From: Bacteroidales bacterium
Lineage (GTDB): Bacteria; Bacteroidota; Bacteroidia; Bacteroidales; UBA3663
Length of the DNA stretch: 64,000 nt
Assembly: GCA_045628525.1 (NCBI GenBank)
Contig: JAZQPJ010000082.1
Coordinates: forward strand, 7,310-71,309
Direction: 5' to 3'
The notes below the pieces were generated by a model. The model worked only from the letters and a program-made list of their open reading frames with translations. It did no database searches and was not told where the DNA came from. A program made the translations under genes and the position numbers. The stretch's first letter is position 1; each line of letters starts with the position of its first letter. This document shows positions 44,095 through 54,674 of the stretch, piece by piece.

Positions 44095-45534
44095 ATGGAA
44101 ATCAAGAATCTTGAACCGAAGATCTTCTGGGAGATCTTTGATGCCATCACCCGTGTGCCACGTCCTTCAAAAAAGGAGGGCCAGATCCGCGCCTGGCTGG
44201 TGAACTTTGCCAAGGAGCACAACCTGGAGTGCAAGGTGGACGAGACCGGCAACGTACTGATCAGCAAGCCAGCCACCCCAGGTCGCGAGGACCGCGAGAC
44301 CCTGGTAATGCAGGCTCACATGGATATGGTGTGCGAGAAGCACTCGGACGTGCAGCACGACTTCGAGAAGGACCCAATCCCAACCTACATCGACGGCGAG
44401 TGGGTGAAGACCCACGGCACCACCCTGGGTGCTGACGACGGTGCCGGCATGGCATTGAGCCTGGCTGCCCTGATCGACGACTCATACGAGCACGGTCCAC
44501 TGGAGTTCCTCTGCACCTACGACGAGGAGACCGGCATGACCGGCGCCAACAACCTGTCGGAGGGCTTCATGAACGGCAAGCTGCTGCTCAACCTCGACTC
44601 TGACCTTGAGAACCAGATCTTCATCGGATGCGCCGGCGGTAAGGACACCGTAGCTACCTGGAAGTATCAGGCTGAGCCTGCTCCAGCCGGCTACTACTTC
44701 GCCAAGATCCACGTGGGCGGCCTCCTGGGCGGTCACTCGGGCGGCGACATCCACCTGGGACGCGCCTGCGCCAACAAGATCCTGGCCCGCTTCCTCTATG
44801 CTCACAACGACCTGCTCGTAGCTGAGATCAACGGCGGCAACCTGCGCAACGCCATCGCCCGTGAGGCTTATGCTGTAGTGGGCATGCCTATGAGCAAGAA
44901 GGACGAGACCGTGGCTGCCCTCAACCAGTTCGCTGCTGAGATGGAACAGGAGATTAACCTCGTGGAGCCAGGCTTCAAGATGACTATCGAGAGCGCCGAG
45001 GTTGCTGCCACCGTCATCGAGCCAGCCGTTATGGCACAGGTGGTTAAGGCTATGATTGCCGCTCCTCACGGCGTGCTCGGCATGAGTGCCGCCATGCCAG
45101 GTCTCGTGGAGACTTCGACCAACCTCGCCTCTATCAAGATGCTCCCTGAGGGCGTCATCAAGATCGAGACCAGCCAGCGCTCAAGCATCATGAGCCAGCG
45201 CGACTATGCTGCCGAAATGGTGGGCAACGTATTTGCACTTGCCGGTGCCACCGTCACCCACGGCGACGGCTACCCAGGCTGGGCTCCTAACCCAAACAGC
45301 CGCATGGTGAAGATCACCGAGGCCGCCTACCGCAAGGTATTCGGCAGCGAGCCTGAGACCACCGCTATCCACGCTGGCCTCGAGACCGGTCTGTTCCTGA
45401 CCAAGTATCCTTGGCTCGACATGGTGAGCGTAGGCCCAACCATGGTGGCTATCCACTCGCCAGAGGAGAAGTTGAGCATCCCATCGGTGGCCAAGTTCTG
45501 GCCATACGTTAAGGAGATTATCAGCTCAATTTAA
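44095..45534 (+). CDS. pepD: aminoacyl-histidine dipeptidase (M20C, PepD)
   Basis: The N-terminus LEPKIFWEIFDAITRVPRPSKKE is typical of PepD. Metal-binding HMDMV and GADDGAG motifs are present. Confidence 0.9.
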   Translation: MEIKNLEPKIFWEIFDAITRVPRPSKKEGQIRAWLVNFAKEHNLECKVDETGNVLISKPATPGREDRETLVMQAHMDMVCEKHSDVQHDFEKDPIPTYIDGEWVKTHGTTLGADDGAGMALSLAALIDDSYEHGPLEFLCTYDEETGMTGANNLSEGFMNGKLLLNLDSDLENQIFIGCAGGKDTVATWKYQAEPAPAGYYFAKIHVGGLLGGHSGGDIHLGRACANKILARFLYAHNDLLVAEINGGNLRNAIAREAYAVVGMPMSKKDETVAALNQFAAEMEQEINLVEPGFKMTIESAEVAATVIEPAVMAQVVKAMIAAPHGVLGMSAAMPGLVETSTNLASIKMLPEGVIKIETSQRSSIMSQRDYAAEMVGNVFALAGATVTHGDGYPGWAPNPNSRMVKITEAAYRKVFGSEPETTAIHAGLETGLFLTKYPWLDMVSVGPTMVAIHSPEEKLSIPSVAKFWPYVKEIISSI

Positions 45535-45583
45535 TCCCGATTTATCAACAAAAGGCTGAGTTATCAACAAAACAAGGCACTTT

Positions 45584-45645
45584 TTCGGGCAAATATTTGG
45601 TTATATTGCAAAATATACCGATATTTGCCCGAACTTATTTTTTAT
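45584..45645 (+). terminator. 50-bp near-perfect palindrome plus T-rich tail downstream of pepD
   Basis: ttcgggcaaatat ... atatttgcccgaa (13-bp perfect outer stem) followed by cttatttttt. Confidence 0.5.
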
Positions 45646-45708
45646 ATGGTACACACGTACCTGTAAAAGCAATTGAAAAAGGTCAAAAAACAAATTCAAT
45701 TATAACCT

Positions 45709-46836
45709 ATGAAATTCGAAGTACTCAGCTCAGATCTCATGAGCCACCTGACTGCCATCAGCCGCGTGCTCTCAAGCAAGAATGCGATGCCCATTCTCGA
45801 CAACTTTCTCTTCGTTGTAGACGAGGACAAACTCACCGTGACTGCAAGCGATGGCGACACTACCATGATCACCTCCGTAGTCATCCAGAACGTGGAGGGC
45901 ACCGGTTCGTTTGTCGTACCAAGCAAGACCCTGCTTGAGCCACTCAAGGAAATGCCACAGCAGCAGCTCGGCATCGAGGTGGACAACGGCAACTACGAGA
46001 TCGTCGTTAACTATGAGAACGGCAAGTACAACTTCATCGGCGGCAACGCAGCCGAATACCCACAGCAGCGCAAGCTGGAGGACGACGCCAAGACCGTTGA
46101 CCTCAATGCCCAGGCCCTGCTCAGCGGCATCGCCAGCACCATCTTCGCTACGGCCGACGACGACCTGCGCCCGGTGATGAACGGCATCTACTTCGACATC
46201 AAGGAGGACCGCATCGTGTTCGTAGCCTCTGACTCGAAGAAACTGGTCCGCATCATCAACACCACCGTGGCTCCCGGTTTCGAGAGCAGCTTCATCCTTC
46301 CCAAGAAGCCAGCCAACCTGCTCAAGAACGTCATCGGCAAGGACACCGTGCTCTGCACCATCGTGTTTGACAGCAAGTGCGCCATCTTCAAGCTCGGCGA
46401 CTACGAGCTCAGCTGCCGCCTCATCGAGGGCCGCTATCCACGTTACGATGCCGTCATCCCTAAGAACAACACCAACCGCCTGACCATCGACCGCCAGTCG
46501 TTCCTCAGCGTGCTGCGTCGTATTGCCGTGTTCTCAAACTCGGCCACCAACCAGGTGAAGTTCGTGCTGGGCGACAACAAGCTCGTGATCTCGGCTCAGG
46601 ACGTTGACTACTCTACCGCCGGCACCGAGACCATCGCCTGCTCGTACGACGGCACCCCAATGAGCATCGGCTTCCGCGCCAACTTCCTTATCGAGATACT
46701 GAACGTCATCTCGGCTCAGGATGTAGAACTCCTGCTCAGCGATCCTGCACGTGCCGGCCTCGTGGCTCCTGTGCAGAACAACGAGGGTGAGGACATGCTC
46801 ATGCTCATCATGCCAATGATGCTGACCGATTTCTAA
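45709..46836 (+). CDS. dnaN: DNA polymerase III beta sliding clamp
   Basis: MKFEVLSSDLMSHLTAISRVLSSKNAMPILDNFLF and three-domain length (375 aa). Confidence 0.95.
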   Translation: MKFEVLSSDLMSHLTAISRVLSSKNAMPILDNFLFVVDEDKLTVTASDGDTTMITSVVIQNVEGTGSFVVPSKTLLEPLKEMPQQQLGIEVDNGNYEIVVNYENGKYNFIGGNAAEYPQQRKLEDDAKTVDLNAQALLSGIASTIFATADDDLRPVMNGIYFDIKEDRIVFVASDSKKLVRIINTTVAPGFESSFILPKKPANLLKNVIGKDTVLCTIVFDSKCAIFKLGDYELSCRLIEGRYPRYDAVIPKNNTNRLTIDRQSFLSVLRRIAVFSNSATNQVKFVLGDNKLVISAQDVDYSTAGTETIACSYDGTPMSIGFRANFLIEILNVISAQDVELLLSDPARAGLVAPVQNNEGEDMLMLIMPMMLTDF

Positions 46837-46844
46837 GCTAAGGA

Positions 46845-47630
46845 ATGAAACTATCGCTGAAGAAACCCATCATCTTCTTCGACCTGGAGACCACCGGCCT
46901 CAGCGTCACCCAAGACCGCATCGTGCAGATTGGCTACATCAAGGTGCAGCCCAATGGCACCGAGGAGGAAGGGAACATACTGATCAACCCCGGACGCCCC
47001 ATCCCCAAGGAGAGCTCGGACATACACCATATCACAGACGAGATGGTGGCCGATAAGCCCACCTTCAAGCAGATGGCCGGACGCCTGGAGCAGATATTCA
47101 AAGGCTGCGACCTGGCTGGCTACAATTCGAACCGCTTCGACGTACCCATGCTCATCGAGGAATTTCTAAGAGCTGATGTCAAGTTCGACATAAGCAACGT
47201 ACGCTTCATTGACGTGCAGAGCATCTTCTATAAGAAAGAACCCCGCACGCTCTCGGCCGCCTACCATTTCTACTGCGGCGAGGAGCTGGAAGGCGCCCAT
47301 TCGGCCGATGCCGACATACGTGCCACCTACAAGGTGCTGCAGGCACAGCTGGACCGCTATGCCAATGATGCCGAGGATCCGCTGCAGAACGATGTAGCCT
47401 GGCTGCAGGAGTTCACCCGAATGAACCGCAACGCCGATCCCATGGGTGCCATGGTGTACGACGACAAGGACCGCGTCTGCTTCAACTTCGGCAAGCACAA
47501 GGGTCGCCCCGTGCTCGAAGTGCTCGACAAGGAGCCCAGCTACTATGCCTGGATGATGAATGGCGACTTTGCACTCAGTACCAAGCAGGTGCTCACGCAG
47601 ATCAAGCTGAGCATGATGATGAAACGATGA
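46845..47630 (+). CDS. DEDDh 3'-5' exonuclease (DnaQ/epsilon-like)
   Basis: Exo I FFDLETTG, Exo II and Exo III HSADAD motifs. Confidence 0.8.
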   Translation: MKLSLKKPIIFFDLETTGLSVTQDRIVQIGYIKVQPNGTEEEGNILINPGRPIPKESSDIHHITDEMVADKPTFKQMAGRLEQIFKGCDLAGYNSNRFDVPMLIEEFLRADVKFDISNVRFIDVQSIFYKKEPRTLSAAYHFYCGEELEGAHSADADIRATYKVLQAQLDRYANDAEDPLQNDVAWLQEFTRMNRNADPMGAMVYDDKDRVCFNFGKHKGRPVLEVLDKEPSYYAWMMNGDFALSTKQVLTQIKLSMMMKR

Positions 47631-48583
47631 AGACAATTTCACATAGCAATCATAAGCGAGCAGGCCAGCACACGATGTTGGCCCGCTTGCTATTGTGTGG
47701 TATGTTCTGCGCCTCTGCCCTTACCGGTCAGGCACAGGAACTCAATGCCACGGTGTCGATCAACACGCAACAGATCGATGCCTCGCTGCGTGACCGCTTC
47801 ACCACACTGAAGGAGGCGCTGGAGGAGTTCATCAACGGACAGCAATGGACGGGTGCACAATTCGCACTCAACGAGCGCATACAGTGCACCTTTGCACTTA
47901 CCATCAATACCGTCGAGGCCACCGATGTCTATAGGGCATCGATCACTGTGCAGGCACGTCGTCCAGTATATAACGCATCCTATCAGTCCACCCTCATCAA
48001 CTGGCGCGACGACGACCTGATCCTCCCCTATCAGGAGGGACAGAACCTCACCTACAACGAGTTCAACCTCGAAAGCGAGCTGATTGCGGCCGTGGCCTAC
48101 TACAGCTACCTGGTCATCGGCCTAGACTTCGAGAGCTTTGCCCCCAAGGGCGGCGAGCCCTACCTGCGCAAGTGCGAGAGCATCGTGAGCCAGATGCAGA
48201 GCAGCGACAGCCACGGATGGAAGGCGTTTGACTCGAAGAGCAACCGCCATGCAGTCATCACCGCCCTACTCGACCCAAGCCAGGAGGGCTTCCGCCAGCT
48301 GTGGTACACCTACCACCGCCAGGGCCTCGATGCCATGGCCCAGAGCATGGACAAGGGACGACAGCAGATCACCACTGCCCTGCCCCAGCTCAAGGAGATC
48401 CGCTCGGCTGACACCTCCACGCCATTGCTCAGCCTCTTCATCGCAGCCAAACTGGACGAGGTTTGCAATATCTACAGCGAAGCACCGATGACCGAGAAGC
48501 GCTCCATCTATGACCAGCTCACCGACATCTTCCCCACCTATACGGGTCAGTTGGCGAAGATCAAGGAGGAGTACAAGGAGTGA
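47627..48583 (+). CDS. DUF4835-like secreted protein
   Basis: ATGA overlap with the upstream gene. Signal peptide. LNATVSINTQQIDASLRDRFTTLKEALEEFINGQQWT resembles DUF4835 as I recall it. Confidence 0.55.
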   Translation: MKTISHSNHKRAGQHTMLARLLLCGMFCASALTGQAQELNATVSINTQQIDASLRDRFTTLKEALEEFINGQQWTGAQFALNERIQCTFALTINTVEATDVYRASITVQARRPVYNASYQSTLINWRDDDLILPYQEGQNLTYNEFNLESELIAAVAYYSYLVIGLDFESFAPKGGEPYLRKCESIVSQMQSSDSHGWKAFDSKSNRHAVITALLDPSQEGFRQLWYTYHRQGLDAMAQSMDKGRQQITTALPQLKEIRSADTSTPLLSLFIAAKLDEVCNIYSEAPMTEKRSIYDQLTDIFPTYTGQLAKIKEEYKE

Positions 48584-48615
48584 CAAAACGACAACACAAA
48601 ATAAGTCTTTACTAA

Positions 48616-50292
48616 ATGCTACAATCCCTCACCATTGATAATTACGCCCTCATCCAGCACCTTGAGTTCCAACCAGGTGCCGGCCTTACCGTCATCACCG
48701 GCGAAACGGGTGCGGGCAAATCCATCATCATGGGTGCATTGGGCTTGATTCTGGGCCAGCGTGCCGATGCCAAGAGTGTGCGCAACGGTGCCACCAAGTG
48801 CGTCATCGAGGCAAGTTTCGACATTGCGCAATATAATCTTGAGGAATACTTCCGCCAGAACGATCTGGAATACGATGCCCACGGCACCATCATCCGCCGC
48901 GAAATCTACGCCACGGGCAAGAGCCGTGCCTTTGTCAACGACATCCCTGTACAGCTACAGATGCTCAAGGAGCTCGGACAGTCGCTCATCGACATCCACT
49001 CGCAGCACCAGAACCTTCTGCTCGGACAGGATTCCTTCCAGTTGGGCGTGCTCGATTCGCTGGCTCGTAACCAATATGAAATCGGCCAGTACCGCACTGT
49101 GTATGGCGAGCTCTCGGCCCTGCGCCGACAGATTCGCAAGCTTCGCGAAGAGGCCGAAAAGAATGCCCAGGAGGCCGACTACATCCGCTACCAGTACGCA
49201 CAGCTCGAAGATGCCGACCTGCAGCCCGGCGAGCAGGAGGAACTCGAGGCAGAACAGGAGCGACTGGCACATGCCGAAGAGATCAAGTCCGGGCTCATCG
49301 CCCTACACGACGGACTCGACGGCGAGGGTGACAGCATCGTTTCGCAGCTCAAAACTATCAGCCAGCGTGCCAACGAGCTGATTCACATCTATCCCGAGAT
49401 CAAGGAGATTGCCGAGCGTCTGGAGTCAGACTACATCGACCTGAAGGACATTGCCGACGACGTTGAGGGCAAGAGCGACGATGTAAGTTTCGACCCTCAG
49501 CGCTTCGAGCTGGTCGAAGAGCGCCTGTCGCAGATCTACAGCCTCTTCAAGAAGCATGGCCGCCAGAACGTGGACGAGCTCATCGCCTTGCGCGACGAAC
49601 TGGCCGAGAAGATGGAGCACATCGATGGCAGCGACAGCGAGATCGAGGAGTTGGAGGCACAGAACAGGCAACTCACCGCCCAGGCCAGCAAGTGTGCCGC
49701 GGCCCTCACCGCCACACGCCGCCAGGCCGCCGAGCTGCTGCAGCAGGCTCTGATCGAGAAGGTGAGCTATCTGGGCATGCCCAACGTCCGTTTCGAGGCA
49801 CACATCGACCCGATGCTCAGCGAGAAGACCGGACGCACCACCTATGGTCCCAACGGTTCGGACACCGTCAGCTTCCTCTTCAGCGCCAACAAGAACCAAC
49901 CACTCAAGCCTGCGGGCGAGGTGGCATCGGGCGGCGAGATCAGTCGACTGATGCTGAGCATCAAGAGCCTCGTGGCCAGCGCCCGCACCCTGCCCACCAT
50001 CATCTTCGACGAGATTGACACCGGCGTGTCGGGCGACATTGCCGACCGCATGGGTCAAGTGATGAAGGAGCTGTCCGAGCACCTGCAGGTCATCACCATC
50101 ACCCATCTGCCTCAGGTGGCTGGCAAGGGCGATCAGCACTTCCGTGTCTATAAGCAGGACGAGGCTGACACCACCAACACCCACATCACGCAGCTCACAG
50201 CCGACGAACGCCTGCACGAAGTGGCTCGCATGCTCAGTGGCAGCGACATCACGCCTGAGGCTTTGGCCAATGCCCGCACGCTGATTGGCTGA
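48616..50292 (+). CDS. recN: DNA repair protein RecN
   Basis: N-terminal Walker A GETGAGKS, a long coiled coil, and C-terminal signature SGGE plus Walker B IIFDEIDTG. Confidence 0.9.
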   Translation: MLQSLTIDNYALIQHLEFQPGAGLTVITGETGAGKSIIMGALGLILGQRADAKSVRNGATKCVIEASFDIAQYNLEEYFRQNDLEYDAHGTIIRREIYATGKSRAFVNDIPVQLQMLKELGQSLIDIHSQHQNLLLGQDSFQLGVLDSLARNQYEIGQYRTVYGELSALRRQIRKLREEAEKNAQEADYIRYQYAQLEDADLQPGEQEELEAEQERLAHAEEIKSGLIALHDGLDGEGDSIVSQLKTISQRANELIHIYPEIKEIAERLESDYIDLKDIADDVEGKSDDVSFDPQRFELVEERLSQIYSLFKKHGRQNVDELIALRDELAEKMEHIDGSDSEIEELEAQNRQLTAQASKCAAALTATRRQAAELLQQALIEKVSYLGMPNVRFEAHIDPMLSEKTGRTTYGPNGSDTVSFLFSANKNQPLKPAGEVASGGEISRLMLSIKSLVASARTLPTIIFDEIDTGVSGDIADRMGQVMKELSEHLQVITITHLPQVAGKGDQHFRVYKQDEADTTNTHITQLTADERLHEVARMLSGSDITPEALANARTLIG

Positions 50293-50322
50293 CATCGGCC
50301 GGACAACTGAAAACGTCCAAGA

Positions 50323-51609
50323 ATGATTCTTGCAATGAGAACACTTTTCCTCTCCCTTCTACTCCTTGTCTGCGCCACATCCCTTGCGGCGCAGTCTTTG
50401 TGCTTCAGCCCCGAGTTGTTTCTGGACACCACACTGCGCCTCGACTATACCCTCACGGGCGGACAAGATCGGGCTACAGGCATCTCGCTCGACAAGCTGG
50501 CACGCACGCCAGGCTGGTATGGCCGCCGCCAACACCTCGACAGCCTCAACCTCATCGGCAACGGGCAGATCGAGATGCGCGATGCCGAAAGTCGCCAGGT
50601 GCTCTACCGCACCTCGTTCAGTACCCTATTTCAGGAATGGTTGGCCGAAACCAACGAGCCTCAGCAGGTGAATCGTTCGTTCCAGCTCTGCCAGCTGGTG
50701 CCCATGCCGCGCCAGAAGGCCGAGGTGACTGTGTCGCTGCTTAACATGCGACATGAGCCGATTGCCACGTTCACCCATACGGTCGATCCCTCGGACATCC
50801 TGATCCATCGCAGCGGTGAACAGCCCTTGCCCTACGTCCGCATCACGGCCGACAGCATCATCCGCAACACGGCAGATGTCATCGAAACCATTGCCAACTG
50901 TCAGGGTCAATGCATCCCCGTGGCATTCCTGCCCGAAGGCTATACGGCCGACGAGATGGAGCGCTTCTACGAGGATTGCCGCGTGGCCGTCGAGTCGCTG
51001 CTCGGCCATGAGCCATACGCCACCTACGCCGAGAGCTTCCGGTTCTTTGCCGTCAACGTGCCATCCACCGACAGCGGAGTCAGCATCCCGCTGCAGAACG
51101 ACTGGCGACGCACAGCCTTCGGCAGTCACTTCAGCACGTTCTATAGCGACCGCTACCTCACCACCCTGCAGGTGCAGAGCCTGCACGATGCACTGGCCGG
51201 AATCCCCTACCAGCACATCATTGTATTGGCGAATACCGACAACTACGGAGGTGGCGGTATCTTCAACATGTACAATCTCACAGCAGCACATCACCCTAAG
51301 TTCCGTCCTGTTGTGGTACATGAGTTCGGACATTCGTTTGCAGGATTGGCTGACGAGTATTTCTACGAATACGAAGATGTTGGCGCCGGCAGCTATCCGC
51401 TCGACGTCGAACCCTGGGAACCCAACATCACCACTCGCGCCGATCAGGAGAAAGGCGAGCGCATCGGCCGATATGAAGGCGGCGGCTATGCCTCACACGG
51501 CATCTATCGCTATCAGGAGGATTGTCGTATGCGCACCAACGAATATCCCACCTTCTGCCCCGTCTGCCAGCAGGCCATCATCGACGTGATCCGGTTCTAC
51601 ACACGATAA
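50323..51609 (+). CDS. M64-family (IgA-peptidase-like) zinc metallopeptidase
   Basis: VVHEFGHSFAGLADEY zinc motif and a signal peptide. Confidence 0.8.
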   Translation: MILAMRTLFLSLLLLVCATSLAAQSLCFSPELFLDTTLRLDYTLTGGQDRATGISLDKLARTPGWYGRRQHLDSLNLIGNGQIEMRDAESRQVLYRTSFSTLFQEWLAETNEPQQVNRSFQLCQLVPMPRQKAEVTVSLLNMRHEPIATFTHTVDPSDILIHRSGEQPLPYVRITADSIIRNTADVIETIANCQGQCIPVAFLPEGYTADEMERFYEDCRVAVESLLGHEPYATYAESFRFFAVNVPSTDSGVSIPLQNDWRRTAFGSHFSTFYSDRYLTTLQVQSLHDALAGIPYQHIIVLANTDNYGGGGIFNMYNLTAAHHPKFRPVVVHEFGHSFAGLADEYFYEYEDVGAGSYPLDVEPWEPNITTRADQEKGERIGRYEGGGYASHGIYRYQEDCRMRTNEYPTFCPVCQQAIIDVIRFYTR

Positions 51610-51668
51610 AGAAAGCACATATCAATATCAAAATTGGGAGCACTGATAGAAGGTATCAGTATTCAACC

Positions 51669-51700
51669 AAAAAAAGGATGCATTCGAACAATGCATCCTT
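51669..51700 (-). terminator. hairpin terminator of the LruC-like gene
   Basis: On the minus strand, aaggatgcatt gttcg aatgcatcctt is followed by tttttt. Confidence 0.55.
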
Positions 51701-51726
51701 CTGAAAAGTGTTATATAGAAAGGTTT

Positions 51727-53310
51727 TTATCTGTAGAGTCCGTCTGAATCAATGGTGTTATTGCCATTCCAGAAGGTCTTGGTAGGATTATTCACCCAAT
51801 TGCTGAAACCAGGATAAGTGGATTTGATATCTACGCACTCCTGATTCCAATTCACTGATGTTGGCACGCAGATGCGGTAAGGCGCACTGCCATTTATGTT
51901 GTCAATATTCAGCCACTTGGCAAGTTGCTCATTATATACATAGATATTAATCTTCTGGAAATCGAATTGGCCTGACATTGTAGTTATTGGCACATTATGT
52001 CCATCAACATTCTCATATCCACTCTTGTCAAAGCCCAAGGCGAAATAGACGGGATCGCAGTTGTCCTCACCCTTGGCAAAGCCACGTGCTCTAGCATTTA
52101 CGTTGACCGGCACATCTACACTGACATTAAACATATCATGCACCTCATCCTTTCCTTTTGCAGTCAATAGGATGCCTCCCTCCTCTTTCTTGCCATAATA
52201 GAGTTGGATTGGGAGTGTACCGCCAGCAGCACGCAAGGTGATGACACAAACCTGATTCTGATACTGCACATCATAGACCAGGTCGTTAAAGTCAGTATCG
52301 AACGAACCACCCAAATCCTCGCACATGATACGCGAAGGATTATACTGTGTAGCACCAGCATCGGCAATCTTGATAATCCAGTCATTGCAGACGCCATCGG
52401 CCTTTACCTGCTGGCTGGGGTTTAGTCCGTATGCCTCAAGATCCATACCCAAGTACCAGCCTTCGTAATCATCGCCCTTGAGATAAACGACATAGTACTT
52501 GTCATGATCCGCGCCACCGTCAGCCGAACAGTGATACGTGACGACATTAAAGTTCGCGTCCGTAACAAGGATACCATTCTGGTCAGCTTGGTTGCCATAG
52601 CCATAACCATTAGAGGCATTATAATCGTTCAAATGCTCCCAGCCATCTGCCTGTCCAAGCGTACGGAACTTCAAGTAGTTCATATTACTACCATTGTATG
52701 CGCTACCGTTTTCAGCCACCTCATCATAAGTAAGATCAGAAGCGACATGCTGAATCCAGCCATTGAAGAAAGGTGTCTCTACATTGATAGAATAGTTGCC
52801 CAACTTTTCAGGAGAATATGTCGCAAGACTGCCCCAAGGAAGCAAGCCCTCGGTCTTGACGTAAGCGACACCATCGCAAATACGTGTTGATTCACCCATA
52901 TAGTTAGTTGGAGTACAATCATCATCCCAATTGATTATATGATTGCTGAACCAGGCATAAACTTCCTCATGTTCATGCTCAGTAATGTTTTTGGGCTTAC
53001 CATAGACAATAGTCGAACGAAGATTGGTACCAGGAATATTCATATCCTGCTTATAAACGCCACGTGTGGCGACCTCTTCATCACATCCCATAGCATAGGC
53101 AGCAGCATCGAAGCCCCACTGGTGACCTGGAGCTGGGTTACCGAATTCCTTAACGAACTGAGTCTCGTATGAAATCTCCGTAGAAGTGTAGCCCAAATCA
53201 TAATCCTGACAAGAAGAAAGAGTCAACAGAACGCAAACAGAAGCCAGGGCGAAACGCAGGCCCTGACGGAAAGAACAATTAAAACGGCTAATTAAAAAAT
53301 TACGATACAT
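51727..53310 (-). CDS. LruC-domain-like lipoprotein (hypothetical)
   Basis: Lipobox LSSC. CEDLGGSFDTDFNDLVYDV resembles the LruC/DUF4842 core as I recall it. The start is set at MYRNFL (ATG 53310). Confidence 0.5.
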   Translation of the reverse strand: MYRNFLISRFNCSFRQGLRFALASVCVLLTLSSCQDYDLGYTSTEISYETQFVKEFGNPAPGHQWGFDAAAYAMGCDEEVATRGVYKQDMNIPGTNLRSTIVYGKPKNITEHEHEEVYAWFSNHIINWDDDCTPTNYMGESTRICDGVAYVKTEGLLPWGSLATYSPEKLGNYSINVETPFFNGWIQHVASDLTYDEVAENGSAYNGSNMNYLKFRTLGQADGWEHLNDYNASNGYGYGNQADQNGILVTDANFNVVTYHCSADGGADHDKYYVVYLKGDDYEGWYLGMDLEAYGLNPSQQVKADGVCNDWIIKIADAGATQYNPSRIMCEDLGGSFDTDFNDLVYDVQYQNQVCVITLRAAGGTLPIQLYYGKKEEGGILLTAKGKDEVHDMFNVSVDVPVNVNARARGFAKGEDNCDPVYFALGFDKSGYENVDGHNVPITTMSGQFDFQKINIYVYNEQLAKWLNIDNINGSAPYRICVPTSVNWNQECVDIKSTYPGFSNWVNNPTKTFWNGNNTIDSDGLYR

Positions 53311-53656
53311 TACAGTGCTATTAACAAATTTGCACAGCAAAGATACATATATATTAAGATGTGTAAGTAATCAAATAAACAATTTTTTCCAAGAATCTTT
53401 TAAAAATAATCATAAATCCCGCAATTGTAACATCATGTAACAAAAGGAAAATGCCCGCTTCATTGCTGCAGCGGGCATTTGAGTGTAACATCCGTACTTG
53501 CGATTTGTTTCACAAAGCAAAAGGATGAATGATTATCGATCTTTCCATATTTTTTTGGTCAAATGATTGCTCTACGATTAAAAAGCAATCTACAGCTATC
53601 AATTTTGATTATCTAACCAAGCTGGAATGTGCATCTTCAAGCCAGGTGAAGATTGG

Positions 53657-54601
53657 TTATCTCGCAATGCAACGAATGATCGATTCATTATCATCCACCA
53701 GATCGATAATCAAGTTCTTATAACGTCCCACTTCTATCATGTGCTGGATGAAAGGGAATACAGGCACATCCTCACTCCAGAACTTGGTTCCAACGAAGAC
53801 CATCGGACTGGGGAAACCAAGCGAGACGTAGTGATTCTGCACGATCTCCTGGAACACCTCCTGCAACGTTCCGGCACTGCCCGGCATAAAGATCAAGCCA
53901 CCATACGCTTCGGTGAGGATGACGTCTTCGCGAATACTATTGTCGAAGAACTTAGCAATAGTCGTTGCAAAGATTGTTGGCGGCTCATGGCCATAGAACC
54001 ATGTGGGGATGGCAAGGCTCTTGTATATGCGTTGCGGGAACATTGCCCTGACACGATAGGCAGTATCAAACCAACCAGCATCCTGAAAGCAGGGAGCCTC
54101 GGCTAGGATCGCCAATGCCTTATCAACCTCCTCAGCGCTACGTCCGGCCAGCCATGCGCCCAGATGTGTGGCCTCCATAGCACCCGGACCACCGCCGCTG
54201 ATCATCAGATAACCCATTTCGGTGAGCTGTTTGCTGACCTCCACCACCTGACGATAGGCGGCATCGGTGCGAGGCAGGGCATGGCCACCCATCACGCCCA
54301 CTACCTGTTGCTGTTCGTAGTCGGCCAGAAACTTCTGCATGGCATTGCGGATGCTGCAGTCATGCATCGAGCGGGCGCTCTGCACCATCGGATCGGGCGT
54401 GATCTTGCCCGACGCTACCATGTGGCGATAGATGACAGTATCGGCACAGTGGTCGAAACTCTCAGGGCATCCGGGTATGTATTCGGCGAAGAGTTCGTCG
54501 GGAGTATAGAGCGACGAGCGCAACACATGGAATGGGACGTGTTCCAGGTAGTCTTTCAATCCTGTCTTGTGGATCTTATAGTAGAGATCGAGGTCAAGCA
54601 T
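53657..54601 (-). CDS. LOG/TIGR00730-family nucleotide phosphoribohydrolase-like protein
   Basis: GGGPGAMEA and PGSAGTLQEVFQ motifs. Confidence 0.75.
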   Translation of the reverse strand: MLDLDLYYKIHKTGLKDYLEHVPFHVLRSSLYTPDELFAEYIPGCPESFDHCADTVIYRHMVASGKITPDPMVQSARSMHDCSIRNAMQKFLADYEQQQVVGVMGGHALPRTDAAYRQVVEVSKQLTEMGYLMISGGGPGAMEATHLGAWLAGRSAEEVDKALAILAEAPCFQDAGWFDTAYRVRAMFPQRIYKSLAIPTWFYGHEPPTIFATTIAKFFDNSIREDVILTEAYGGLIFMPGSAGTLQEVFQEIVQNHYVSLGFPSPMVFVGTKFWSEDVPVFPFIQHMIEVGRYKNLIIDLVDDNESIIRCIAR

Positions 54602-54674
54602 TGGGTTAGATTGGGGGTGTTTGATGTTTAGAGTTTATGTTTTTCGGCCACAAATATAGCATTTTTTTTCATAC

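Noticed and set aside
45542-45708. The chromosomal replication origin next to dnaN.
   Set aside because: There are only two imperfect DnaA-box-like 9-mers, with no cluster of boxes in both orientations, no clear AT-rich 13-mer-type unwinding element, and no dnaA in the window. This is more consistent with local regulation of dnaN.
53341-53656. An AT-rich 316-bp gap between the LruC-like and LOG genes, checked for a small gene, tRNA or mobile-element end. It contains the hairpin aatgcccgct...agcgggcatt at about 53449-53480.
   Set aside because: Only a 64-aa low-complexity ORF (53529-53723) overlaps the LOG gene end. There is no cloverleaf-compatible sequence and there are no inverted terminal repeats. 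The hairpin is most simply a terminator.
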